A stretch of DNA of 64,000 nt from Chloroflexota bacterium (GTDB lineage: Bacteria; Chloroflexota; UBA11872; VXOZ01), in NCBI GenBank assembly GCA_965219505.1, contig OZ244775.1, positions 3,357,569-3,421,568 of the forward strand. The letters run 5' to 3'. Positions 31,869 to 41,534 of this stretch are shown here, piece by piece. The translations under genes were made by a program, and so were the position numbers. The notes under the pieces are model-generated. The model was not told where the DNA came from, did not search any database, and was given only the letters and a program-made list of their open reading frames with translations. Each line of letters opens with the position of its first letter. The first letter of the stretch is position 1.

Positions 31869-32204
31869 TCACGCGCTCTGCACATTCTCTGCAAGCACGT
31901 GCTTGATCCACTCGTTGATGCTCATGCCGCTCCGCATCGCTGAGGCCGCTACACGCTGATGTAATGCTGTCCCCAGCCGCAGGTTCAGCTTGCCGGAAAA
32001 TGGCTTTCGCGGCTCGACTCCATCCTCCTCGCACGAGGCCAGATACTCATCCACCGAGATGCGGAACTCGCGTTCGAGCCCTTCTACGTCAGTGGCTTCG
32101 AACGTGGCAATCGGATAAGGCCCCGCGTTGACAACCGATCCATGTAGAAGCCCCACTGAATCGTCGAATTCGACGGCGGCAATGTAGCCTTTATACTCCA
32201 TCAT
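31869..32204 (-). CDS. hicB: HicB family antitoxin
   Basis: MEYKGY, F-ISVDEYL, KPFSGKLNLRL, C-terminal RHH (SINEWI). Confidence 0.92.
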   Translation of the reverse strand: MMEYKGYIAAVEFDDSVGLLHGSVVNAGPYPIATFEATDVEGLEREFRISVDEYLASCEEDGVEPRKPFSGKLNLRLGTALHQRVAASAMRSGMSINEWIKHVLAENVQSA

Positions 32205-32455
32205 GGCGTCACTCCTATTTGCCGGAGAAACATGGCGATGTTCCGCACCGTGGCCCTGCCAGTGTGTGGGCTGGGGTGAGGCCGATGCACGACGATGCGC
32301 TCCGTTCCCTTCTTCACCAGCAGCCGCGCACCGGCCCGCTCCGAGACCTCCACGCCGACCGCCTCTAACATACTCTCGATATCAGCCCACCTGATGTCGG
32401 ATGGCGTGGGCCTTGTGAAGACTCGTTCTAGGGTGCGCCGGTGCTTCCTCCTCAT
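32201..32455 (-). CDS. hicA: HicA family toxin
   Basis: IRWADIESML, HRPHP; ATGA overlap with hicB. Confidence 0.9.
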   Translation of the reverse strand: MRRKHRRTLERVFTRPTPSDIRWADIESMLEAVGVEVSERAGARLLVKKGTERIVVHRPHPSPHTGRATVRNIAMFLRQIGVTP

Positions 32456-32463
32456 ATAGATGG

Positions 32464-32488
32464 ATGGTACCATGAAACAGTACCATCG
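32464..32488. promoter_or_regulatory. Palindromic operator upstream of hicAB
   Basis: GATGGTAC-N9-GTACCATC just before the hicA start. Confidence 0.6.
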
Positions 32489-32756
32489 GTGCAAGTAGGA
32501 AGGTCAAAGCAGTCCGTTTACAGCTGCCCTACCTCACATGTATGCAAATCAACAGTTAGTTGCCGCTAGGCCTGGAGCCGATGGTGACGCTGTAGTTGCA
32601 CTGTCGAGTGGGTCTCATACGCAAGATCACCGGATTTCGCTCGTGCGTGCGTTGGAAGCAAGTCGGCGCCAGTCTTGTCTACGCATTGCCGGTCAGCTCC
32701 TGCGTGGACGATGTGGTACACTCCCCACCGGTATGGAATGGCGCTGGAGAACTCAA

Positions 32757-32900
32757 ATGAGAATACGGTCATTGCTTTACTGGTTGGCGCGAATACTCGG
32801 TGACGTGAGTGCCGTGCGCAGGGGGCGTATCGGACAACGCGTTGTACGTCGCGTGGCGGGCAAGGCGGCAGGTCGAGCTATGCGCAAGACGCTGCGCTAG
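32757..32900 (+). CDS. Small Arg-rich amphipathic protein (47 aa)
   Basis: GGAG RBS; MRIRSLLYWLARILGDVSAVRRGRIGQRVVRRVAGKAAGRAMRKTLR. Confidence 0.6.
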   Translation: MRIRSLLYWLARILGDVSAVRRGRIGQRVVRRVAGKAAGRAMRKTLR

Positions 32901-33120
32901 TAGAGACAGACCTTGCGCGCCCAGGCTGCACAGGCCGCTGTACATTGACGTGATTTCGCAGAGATCTAGCGCATTTCGGGAAAAGCGCAGGTAGTACCGT
33001 AGCATGGTAGCCAGGCTGCACAATCATCTTACCGCCATTCCCCCGCAATGCTTGCTCCGTACTCGATGCGAGGCGGGGTTTCTTCTTCTTTCGTTGAGTC
33101 GGTAAAGGCACGTACGCCTC

Positions 33121-33801
33121 ATGCGCAGAAACCTCTGGTTCCGATCAGGCAAACGCTGGCAGCGGCTTGTCTCCAGTCTTACCTATCTTATCCTGATTGG
33201 CCTCTGCATCGGTGTGCTTGCCTGTGGAGGAGACGAAGAGAGCGACTCGGCGTCGGTCGCTACGGCCACGGCCGCCAGAATGGCAGCTACTGCTTCACCT
33301 GTGCTGCTGGCTACGCTCACGGCTCCGGTTAAGGCAACGGCTAGGCCACTTCCTACGCAAACGCCCTCCCCGGCAACTGGGCCCGCCGTTGAGCCTACGC
33401 CAACACCTTCGCCTCCACCCGAACCTACTGCCCCGCCTTTACCAATACCCTCTCCTTCTCCCGTGCCTACTCCTATCCCTTCGCCAATTCCTTCTCCCTC
33501 TCCCGCACCTACTGCCACTCCTGTGCCAATTCCCTCCCCTTCTCCCGTGCCTACCGCTATCCCGTCGCCGATACCTACTCCCTCTCCTCTACCTACTCCC
33601 ATTCCTTCATCAATACCAGAGCCCACCGCAGCACCGCAAAGTGACTTCGACCCGCGACAATATGTTGGCAAAGGGGATGAGTATAACTGCGGAGACTTCG
33701 AGTACCAGTGGCAGGCTCAAGCCGTGCTGGATGCCGACAAATCGGACCCGAACAGACTAGATAGAGACAAAGACGGCACCGCCTGCGAGAGCCTGAAGTA
33801 G
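33121..33801 (+). CDS. Lipoprotein with Pro-rich linker and Excalibur Ca-binding domain
   Basis: Lipobox VLAC, (PS/PT/PI) repeats, NCGDF...[11 protein letters not shown]. Confidence 0.85.
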   Translation: MRRNLWFRSGKRWQRLVSSLTYLILIGLCIGVLACGGDEESDSASVATATAARMAATASPVLLATLTAPVKATARPLPTQTPSPATGPAVEPTPTPSPPPEPTAPPLPIPSPSPVPTPIPSPIPSPSPAPTATPVPIPSPSPVPTAIPSPIPTPSPLPTPIPSSIPEPTAAPQSDFDPRQYVGKGDEYNCGDFEYQWQAQAVLDADKSDPNRLDRDKDGTACESLK

Positions 33802-33949
33802 AAGCCCATTCCCTAAACTGTGCCCACGCGAATTGCACTCCTATAGTGGAGCTTCGCCCTAGCAAATACTGAGGGGCAATGGGAGTAGCTGACAGGAGCA
33901 TCAGTTATGATATACATAGAGTGTGCATTGTGTCCGGAAGAGGTGTGAA

Positions 33950-34672
33950 ATGTCGGCGCAAAACGACTATGTCACATTAAGACTAGATGGTGTAGTGCCG
34001 TTCCCAGACTTCGCTAAAGCCGTTAGTGAGCTTGATGAACTGCTAAAGTCTCTTAGTTCTGAGATTACGGGCAGTTCTGCTACGGTCCAATGGAAAGTCG
34101 TCGATCTCTCTGCCTCAAGTGCAGTGACAACGATTCAGGGAACCGCCGACGATCCGACGGACGTGCCACCGATTGTAACCGCGTATTCCATAGTCGGCCA
34201 GGCTTTACAGAATCACTCTGAGATACCCTACTCAGAAGACATACGCCGACGTGCCACTTCCATTGCGTCTCTAATAAACGGCGAAATCACGGCTATTCAC
34301 TTTACAACGCCTAGAGGGCAGCACATTGTACGGGAGCCGCCTGAACGCCAGGATAAGCCAGTCCCAGTAGATTCGTTTGGGACAGTCGAAGGACGTATAC
34401 GAACGCTTTCTGACCGCCAGAACCTGAAGTTCATGCTGTACGACAGTCTCTTTGACTCAGCCGTAACTTGCTTCATTTCGCCTGAGAAAGCAGACGAAGC
34501 GCGACGGCTCTGGCGGGAACGGGTAGTCGTAGAGGGGCTGGTTCGACGCGATCCACACACCGGCATCCCAACGCAGATTAGGAATGTACGCGCAATCCAT
34601 AGGATACCTTCTGCTGCACCTGGCTCTTACCGTGAGGCGCGGGGCGCTTTGCGAAATGCGGCCAATTCCTAG
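33950..34672 (+). CDS. Hypothetical protein, putative partner of downstream PIN protein
   Basis: 240-aa ORF with GAGG RBS, 11 nt before the PIN gene. Confidence 0.75.
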   Translation: MSAQNDYVTLRLDGVVPFPDFAKAVSELDELLKSLSSEITGSSATVQWKVVDLSASSAVTTIQGTADDPTDVPPIVTAYSIVGQALQNHSEIPYSEDIRRRATSIASLINGEITAIHFTTPRGQHIVREPPERQDKPVPVDSFGTVEGRIRTLSDRQNLKFMLYDSLFDSAVTCFISPEKADEARRLWRERVVVEGLVRRDPHTGIPTQIRNVRAIHRIPSAAPGSYREARGALRNAANS

Positions 34673-34683
34673 TAGGAGGCAGA

Positions 34684-35163
34684 ATGGCGGCTGAACCAAG
34701 GTACGTTTACTGGGACGCCAACTGTTTCCTCCACTATATCAATGAATCAGCAGAGCACATCGATACGCTGCAAGGCATTCTCACCGAGGTAGAAAACAGC
34801 GGAGACTACAAGATTATCACGTCTACGCTCACAATCACTGAGGTCGCCCACACGGAACAAGAGCGCCTCAACCGAGCCCTTGATGCGGCTGAACTTAGCA
34901 GAATAGATAGCATATTCCTAGACGATAGCGTCGTGCTTCTTGTTGAGTTTAGCCAGATTATTGCACGGCGCGCGCGAGACGTAATGCGAATTGGTCTGGC
35001 GAATCACCTTAGGAAAGACCCACGCGATTGCATACACCTTGCTTCCGCACAATTCTTGGGCGCAGTTGAAGTCCATACATATGACAAGTCGTTGTGGGAC
35101 TATTCAGAGCACTTGGGCATTAAGGTCTGCGAACCGCACGTCCAGCAATTTGGTCTGTTCTAG
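34684..35163 (+). CDS. PIN domain (VapC-like) ribonuclease
   Basis: YWDANCF, TSTLTITEV, DCIHLASA, TYD. Confidence 0.88.
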   Translation: MAAEPRYVYWDANCFLHYINESAEHIDTLQGILTEVENSGDYKIITSTLTITEVAHTEQERLNRALDAAELSRIDSIFLDDSVVLLVEFSQIIARRARDVMRIGLANHLRKDPRDCIHLASAQFLGAVEVHTYDKSLWDYSEHLGIKVCEPHVQQFGLF

Positions 35164-35223
35164 CATCCAATTGACCGCCTGCAGAGAGTTAGTGCGGACT
35201 GCAGTCTGTGGTCGCGAGTTTGG

Positions 35224-36543
35224 CTAACTTGCTTCCTTTCCCTCCTGTACCGTCTTTAGTGCCGCACGCGCGCGGTCGAGGATTTCGCCTACGTCCTCGT
35301 CGGTGTGGGCGAGCGAAAAGTAGAGCTTCTCGCCGGGATTGGTGAGAATGCCGGAGCGGAGCAGTTCGCGGGCGAAAGCGATGCGTTTGGTGTTGTCGGT
35401 TTGCAGGCAATCGCGGTAGCTGCGCAGGGCGCCTTCGCCGAAGAAGACCTGGAGCAACGGCCCGGCGCCGATGGCTTGCAGCGGTTCGCCAAACTCCCTG
35501 CCAAGGGCTTCCAGTCCGGCGCGCACCTGGTCGCCGATCGCGTGGAGTCGGGCAAAGCTCCCCTCTTCTTGCAGCACGCCAAGCGTTGCCAGGCCCGCCA
35601 CTGAGCTCAGAGGATTGCCGCTAAACGTACCGCCCATCCAGACGTAACGCGGCGTGCCTCGGATTGCGGCCGAGACCACTTCCATGATCTCGGCGGGGCC
35701 TGCCACCGCGCCCACCGAGTAGCCGCCGCCCAGCGCCTTGCCCAGCACCGCCAGGTCCGGCTCCACGCCGTAGTATTCCTGCGCGCCGCCCCATGCCAAG
35801 CGGAAGCCGGTGACGATTTCGTCGAATATGAGCAACGCCCCAACCTCGTGGGCCAGATCGCGCATGGCGGCCAGGAAGCCCGGATCCGGGTTGAGGGCGC
35901 GCTGGAGCGGCTCCATGATGATCGCCGCCAGGTCGTCGCCGTGCTGGTGCACCAACTCGCGGGTGAGCGCGAGATTGTTAAACTCGGAGACCAGCACCTG
36001 CTCCTGTACCTGCGGCGGGATGCCGCTGCTGTCCGGTATGCCGTGGGGGTAATCGCTGGTGTGCGGCGGCACCGTGCTCATGGTGGCGTAGTCGTTGCCG
36101 CCGTGGAGCGCCCCTTCGAACTTGAGCACCTTGTTGCGGCCGGTATAGGCGCGGGCAATGCGAATCGCGTAGAATGTCGCCTCGGTGCCGGTGCTGACGA
36201 AGCGAATCTGCTCGGCGCACGGCACGGCATCCACCACCACTTCTGCCAGTCTAATCGCCGGTTCATTGAGGAGGAAGTAGGTCGCGCCCTGCGCCACCTG
36301 CGCTTGCACTGCCGCCACAACCGCCGGATGGGCGTGCCCGATGACCACCGGCCCCGATCCCAGGATGCAGTCGATGTACTCCCTGCCGGTCATGTCCCAC
36401 ACGTGGCTGCCGCGCCCGTGGGTGACCACGATTTGATACTCGTCCGGCAGACGCCACAACCCCGATGACCCTCCCGGAAAAACCTGCCGGCTGCTCGCTA
36501 AGAGTTCTTGCTGCAACGTGCTCGCCTCAGACACAGACTTCAT
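35224..36543 (-). CDS. Class III aminotransferase (glutamate-1-semialdehyde aminomutase-like)
   Basis: STGTEAT, KFEGALHG, FDEIVTGFR, GKALGGG, GTFSGNP. Confidence 0.9.
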   Translation of the reverse strand: MKSVSEASTLQQELLASSRQVFPGGSSGLWRLPDEYQIVVTHGRGSHVWDMTGREYIDCILGSGPVVIGHAHPAVVAAVQAQVAQGATYFLLNEPAIRLAEVVVDAVPCAEQIRFVSTGTEATFYAIRIARAYTGRNKVLKFEGALHGGNDYATMSTVPPHTSDYPHGIPDSSGIPPQVQEQVLVSEFNNLALTRELVHQHGDDLAAIIMEPLQRALNPDPGFLAAMRDLAHEVGALLIFDEIVTGFRLAWGGAQEYYGVEPDLAVLGKALGGGYSVGAVAGPAEIMEVVSAAIRGTPRYVWMGGTFSGNPLSSVAGLATLGVLQEEGSFARLHAIGDQVRAGLEALGREFGEPLQAIGAGPLLQVFFGEGALRSYRDCLQTDNTKRIAFARELLRSGILTNPGEKLYFSLAHTDEDVGEILDRARAALKTVQEGKEAS

Positions 36544-36598
36544 GCGCTCTCATCCCTCATGTTCAGGTGTTTGTTGGCCAAGAGTGAAGGTTGCTTAA

Positions 36599-36770
36599 GA
36601 GGGTGTGTGAAAAGAGTATCCCTTCATCCTTCGACAGGCTCAGGACGAACGGACACCGCCTTTTCTGGCGGATTCTTCTATCTTCCGTTCGCGGACTCTT
36701 GTTTCTTCCGTTCGTGGTGAGCGTGTCGAACCATGAACGGCGATTGGCTGAGAACTTCTCACACACCCTC
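36599..36770. mobile_element. MITE family D (IS5-like ends, TAA target duplication, internal REP pair)
   Basis: TIR GAGGGTGTGTGAAAAG / CTTCTCACACACCCTC (15/16); TAA on both sides. Confidence 0.8.
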
Positions 36771-36928
36771 TAAGTGTTCAGCCCGATTGGATACATTTGC
36801 CGGTCGCGCCACGGCACTGTCCGTATACTATCACTGTGCGGAACTTAGGGGAGCTTTGGCCGCTTCTTCCTTCTGAAGAGTCCGCTGGCATCTCCTCGTC
36901 GAACAGCTTCCTCTTGCGGAGTCATTCC

Positions 36929-37169
36929 TGTAGATGTCAGGTAATTCGTTGACAGATTTGGTAGAAGAAACATGGGAGAAAATCTCTGTGCTTGCCTGCA
37001 TGCATGTCATTCCGAACGGAGCGCAGCGGAGTGAGGAATCTAGAGTACTAAGCCGTATGGACTATGCTCGACATTGATCCTAGATTCCTCGCTGCGCTCG
37101 GAATGACATGCACCGTCAACTCTTCAGAATGGAAAGCGAATTCTGTCAACGAATTACCTGACACCTACA
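36929..37169. mobile_element. MITE family A, copy 2
   Basis: 28-bp TIR TGTAGATGTCAGGTAATTCGTTGACAGA (1 mismatch); 5-bp duplication ATTCC. Confidence 0.88.
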
Positions 37170-37286
37170 ATTCCGATTGAGGCGATTTGCCCAACAACAC
37201 GGAGCGAAAGCGCGGGATCCTACTATGGCCGCAGGTTGCAAACCTGCGCTACCCGATCTCATCTTGATCGATACGAGAATATTGGA

Positions 37287-39476
37287 CTACTCCGCCGCAT
37301 CACCCTTTACGTAGCGATCGAACCAGCCGATGATGCGGTCCCAGCAGTCTACCGCGTTATCCACCGACCATTCACGCACCACATGCCCTTCGCCATGATA
37401 CCGTGCGAGCATGGCCCGCTTGCCAAGCTTGAGCAAGCCGCCATACATTTCCTCCGCTTGCGCCATAAAAGGCTCATCCGCGGTCCCACAGGTGAACAGC
37501 ACCGGTGATGTCACGCGATCGCAGAAGAAAACCGGCGAATTGTCCACCCATAGTTCTCTGGATTCCCAAAGACCCTTGCGCAATTGGAATATATGGCCGG
37601 TCACCCCATCGTATTGCGTCACCTCGTTGCCATCAACGTGCAGACCAAAGCTGATGAGATTTGTAATTGGCGCGCTAACGACCGCAGCGCGGAAGCGGTC
37701 GGTGCGGGTCACCACACAACTCGCGCTATACCCGCCCCCACTGTGCCCAATCACCCCTGCTCGATCCGGGTCCGCGTATCCCGCCGCAGCCGCAGCGTCG
37801 AGGGCGTTCAAGGCCAGTGTCGTCATCTCGTCCGCGACGTTCGGCTGGCGGCGCGGCATGCTTGGCGCAACGACCAGATAGCCCCGGGCTGCCAACACAT
37901 GAAGATCAATACAGCCGATCTCCCAGTCAAATTCATTCAGATAGCCGGTAGTGCCCAAATCGGGATACACAACGACAATCGCCGGATAGCGCTCGCCTGC
38001 CTGATACCCCGGCGGGAGCAGTACCACCCCCTGCAAGGCTTCACCGTCCACGTCGGGAAACTCGAGCAACCGAGCGGCTCCCGCTGACACGCCTTCCAGC
38101 GCCGGATTGAGGCGCGTGATCCGCTCCTCTTCGCCGGTCGCAATCTCGATCTGAAAGAGGTCGGGCGGCTGCGTGGCGGACTCTATAATCCCTATGATTC
38201 TGTCCCGGTTACTATCTCCGTAGAGCGTCAGATCCAGCAGGTGCCGCTGCTGTTCCGGCAGCACCACTTCCGGTTGACCGTAGCCGACCCTATAAATTCC
38301 TTGTTTCCTCGTCTGTCGGTGGTATGTCATGACGAGGAAGGTGCCGGGCCGACCGCCGTCGTTCACCGTGTTGTTGCCGAGTGTACTGATGAATCCCCAA
38401 ACTCTGTGATTCTCAAGTTCTCCGGTTATGTTTTCGATAGCGCCGGTGGAGACGGAAAAGGCGTATATCTCCCTTTCGGCCCAACAGTAGACGGTCTCTC
38501 CGTCCGCAGACCAGAGCGGCGGCGGATACGGTTCCTCGTTGCCAACGTCAATCTCGCTGCCGTCGTGGCGCACACGTTGCGAGCCATCGAGCGACACCAA
38601 GACCAGCCGCCCCGGTTCATCATCGCTGTAGGTGGTGTACGCAATGGCGTCTCCGGCAGGCGACCAGGTGAAGGCGCCCCACGACAGATTTGCGCTCCGG
38701 ACGAGAACCTCTCGTCGCGAGCCGTCTGCGGCAAACAGATGTAAGTCAAACTGGTGCCAATAGCTGGAAGCGCCGTGTTCCCGCTCTTCCGCCAAGCACA
38801 TGGCGGCAACGTAGCGCCCATCAGGCGAGGGCGCATAGCCAAAGGGAAATATCTCCGTCCCGAGGCGGCGCGCTGACCCGGTTTCAATGTCGATGACGCC
38901 GATGTCGCCCCGGTCGTTGTCGAACCAGCGCCACCCTTCGTCTTCGGAACGCTGCGACGTAGCGGTTGCCGGAGATTCCCAAACATCCCGGCCGCTCCCT
39001 ATTTCTTCCTCCTCATCCGATGCCGGCGGGCTCCAACCAGGCGCTTGCAGTTTCGCGACAATACGTCTGCTATCGGGAAGCCAATGCAACAGTTGAAACT
39101 CAAAGTTGATTATGCAAGGATCGGCGGATGCAAGCTGCATCTCGCCGGTCTTGCGATTCCAGAGCCAGACCTGCAACACACCATTGCGATCGGACAAGAA
39201 GGCCAGCCACTGCCCATCGGGCGACCAGCGCGGTCCCCAGCCGGTGGTCAGAGCTTTCGCTTTACCGTCAGATAGATCTGTAATCCAAAGTTCAACGCCC
39301 TGCACACCTCTGGGTGCTCCCGTTGCATGCGTTCTCGTGGGTGACTTTGGAATCAAGCGCTTAGCTGGCGCAACCCCGTAGGCCACTAGGTTGCCGTCAG
39401 GAGAGAGTGCTACCGGCGAATGGGTATCAATCTTCGCCCGAGATCGGAAGGCCTCAACGTCTGCGCGGCTACTCAT
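37287..39476 (-). CDS. S9 family peptidase (beta-propeller + alpha/beta hydrolase)
   Basis: WSPDG repeats, GHSGGG nucleophile, D, EGH. Confidence 0.9.
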   Translation of the reverse strand: MSSRADVEAFRSRAKIDTHSPVALSPDGNLVAYGVAPAKRLIPKSPTRTHATGAPRGVQGVELWITDLSDGKAKALTTGWGPRWSPDGQWLAFLSDRNGVLQVWLWNRKTGEMQLASADPCIINFEFQLLHWLPDSRRIVAKLQAPGWSPPASDEEEEIGSGRDVWESPATATSQRSEDEGWRWFDNDRGDIGVIDIETGSARRLGTEIFPFGYAPSPDGRYVAAMCLAEEREHGASSYWHQFDLHLFAADGSRREVLVRSANLSWGAFTWSPAGDAIAYTTYSDDEPGRLVLVSLDGSQRVRHDGSEIDVGNEEPYPPPLWSADGETVYCWAEREIYAFSVSTGAIENITGELENHRVWGFISTLGNNTVNDGGRPGTFLVMTYHRQTRKQGIYRVGYGQPEVVLPEQQRHLLDLTLYGDSNRDRIIGIIESATQPPDLFQIEIATGEEERITRLNPALEGVSAGAARLLEFPDVDGEALQGVVLLPPGYQAGERYPAIVVVYPDLGTTGYLNEFDWEIGCIDLHVLAARGYLVVAPSMPRRQPNVADEMTTLALNALDAAAAAGYADPDRAGVIGHSGGGYSASCVVTRTDRFRAAVVSAPITNLISFGLHVDGNEVTQYDGVTGHIFQLRKGLWESRELWVDNSPVFFCDRVTSPVLFTCGTADEPFMAQAEEMYGGLLKLGKRAMLARYHGEGHVVREWSVDNAVDCWDRIIGWFDRYVKGDAAE

Positions 39477-39534
39477 GGGAATACTCCTTCTCTGTCTCTA
39501 ATGAGCTCAGGGCAAGATCAGCATCGACCTTGTC

Positions 39535-40578
39535 CTACGCGAGCACCTCATCGGCGTGGGCGAAGAGCGACGGGATGCCGCCGGTGTGCACGAAGACGAC
39601 GCGTTCGTCTTGACTGAAAGAACCGTTGCGCACGAGATCAATGAGGCCGGACATCGACTTGCCCGTGTAGGTGAGGTCGAGCAGGATGCCTTCCGTGCGC
39701 GCGACGGTGCGCACGGCTTCCCTACCCGCAGCGGTGGTTACTCCGTGTCCGGCGCCGAAATACTCTTCCCGTACGTCTACTTCATCTGGCGTCAAGGCGC
39801 AGGGGATACCATAGTATTGGGCGGCGCTTTGCGACAGGGCGGCAATGCGTTCGCGCTGCGGGGGATTCTGCGGACGGATGGAGATGCCGGTGACGCGATA
39901 GGGCAAGCCCAATGCCTTCACCGTGGCGGCAATTCCGGTATGCGTAGAACCGGAGCCGGAGGTTACAACAACCCTTGTTTGCTGTTTCGGCAGGTCCTGC
40001 AATTGCCCGTGCAACTCCAGCATGCCGTTCAGATAGCCCGCCACCGACTTTACGGCCAGTGCGGGGTATTTATTCGTGAAGCGATAGGGCCGCCTGCCCT
40101 GGGCTTTGAGCGACTCCACGCGCTCGTCGATGATGGTCTGCACGCCGACGTCGTCAGCATCCGGCGCCACTTCCACGTGCGCGCCAAAAAGGTGGTCGAG
40201 GAGCAGGTTGCCCTGCACGTCTGCCCGGTGGCGCAATGCTCCCAACACTAGATAGCATTCCAGCCCCAGTTTCGCCGCGGCCGCCGCGGTCTGGCGGCAC
40301 TGGTTCGACTGCGGGTACGCGCCGGTAATGATACAGTCCGCACCCTGCGCGATCGCTTCGCCGAAGAGAAATTCGAGGTTGCGAGTCTTGTTGCCGCCCA
40401 GCGCCAGACCGGTCAGGTCGTCGCGTTTGAAATAGATGTCGGGGCCGCCCAGACTTTTTGTAAGGCGCGGGCAATAGTCGAGCGGCGTGGGGAGATTCGC
40501 CAAGTGCGCCCGGGGCAGGGCATCAAGGGCCTGTTGAAAGGTCTCTACTGCAATCGTCGTCTGGTCTTGAATTGCCAT
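39535..40578 (-). CDS. D-cysteine desulfhydrase / ACC deaminase family
   Basis: PTP, KRDDLTG-GGNKTRNLE, QSN, GSGST, D-TYTGK, HTGG. Confidence 0.92.
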   Translation of the reverse strand: MAIQDQTTIAVETFQQALDALPRAHLANLPTPLDYCPRLTKSLGGPDIYFKRDDLTGLALGGNKTRNLEFLFGEAIAQGADCIITGAYPQSNQCRQTAAAAAKLGLECYLVLGALRHRADVQGNLLLDHLFGAHVEVAPDADDVGVQTIIDERVESLKAQGRRPYRFTNKYPALAVKSVAGYLNGMLELHGQLQDLPKQQTRVVVTSGSGSTHTGIAATVKALGLPYRVTGISIRPQNPPQRERIAALSQSAAQYYGIPCALTPDEVDVREEYFGAGHGVTTAAGREAVRTVARTEGILLDLTYTGKSMSGLIDLVRNGSFSQDERVVFVHTGGIPSLFAHADEVLA

Positions 40579-40977
40579 GCGCTGCTCCCTTCATGGACAG
40601 TGTGCAACCGAATTGTCTTTATGTACTCTCACTAAGCCAATCTCCACTTGACAGTACGGCCCCTTGTGAGAGATGCACTCACACAGTACCGAAACAGTAG
40701 TGGGGGTACACATTCCAACGCAAGCCGATCGCACCGACTAGGGAGCAGGTGAGGGATCACGGTACGCAAAGAGAAGCTGGATGGCGTGAGCGACACTCCG
40801 TCACAACTTCGAATCCAGCCCGATAGCGGCAAGCTCTTAGCAAACTCAGGGCCAATGTCCTGGTGAGGATATCGTACCGGAGGAGATCTGGATTCCGGCT
40901 TTCGCCGGAATGACGGCACTCCCGGCGCATACTTCGCTTGAAAGCCCTAGCGTATCTGCCTAAACAAATTCTTAATT

Positions 40978-41445
40978 CTAGGAAGAGGAATTCACTGTGA
41001 CTGCTTGGAGTTCGGCTTCGATCTGCTCCAGCCGTTCCCGTACGCGCAGAGATCGCTCGTCGAATTGATCGCGGAGCTCAGCCACCTGGCGCATGCGGCC
41101 ATCCAACACTTCAACCTGCTGCTCCAGAATTTCCAGCCCTTTTTGCAGAGTTTGCCGCTTGGTTTCGAGATCGGAGGCCTGCTTGCTCTCTTGTCTCAAG
41201 AGCTTGAGGGACTCCATTGCCTCCACCACTTGCTTGATCTCAGCCAGCGAGAATCCCAGAAGGCGCTTGAGCTGCACGATGTTTTCCAGGCGGGTAATAT
41301 CCGCTGCAGAGTAAAGCCGGAAGCCCCCCTCCATGCGGGAAGGCGGCGCGAGTAGGCCGATTTCTTCGTAATAGCGGAGCGTGCGTGGTGTAAGTCCGAG
41401 TTGCTCTGCTACCTCACCAATCTGAAGATAGCGTTCGCCAGACAT
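40978..41445 (-). CDS. MerR family transcriptional regulator
   Basis: IGEVA, RTLRYYEEIGLL, R-Y, GFSLAEIK, coiled coil. Confidence 0.93.
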   Translation of the reverse strand: MSGERYLQIGEVAEQLGLTPRTLRYYEEIGLLAPPSRMEGGFRLYSAADITRLENIVQLKRLLGFSLAEIKQVVEAMESLKLLRQESKQASDLETKRQTLQKGLEILEQQVEVLDGRMRQVAELRDQFDERSLRVRERLEQIEAELQAVTVNSSS

Positions 41446-41500
41446 GTTTATTCCTTAGCAGTTCCCCCAGAACGTGCCCACCAAATCTGTTCGCACTTTC

Positions 41501-41530
41501 ATCATAGAGTCCAGTTTCCCTTAAAGTCAA
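41501..41530 (-). promoter_or_regulatory. Sigma70-type promoter for the merR gene
   Basis: TTGACT-N18-TATGAT on minus strand. Confidence 0.55.
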
Positions 41531-41534
41531 CGTC

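Noticed and set aside
33360-33630. Repeat-like tract
   Set aside because: Encodes the Pro/Ser/Thr linker of the Excalibur lipoprotein.
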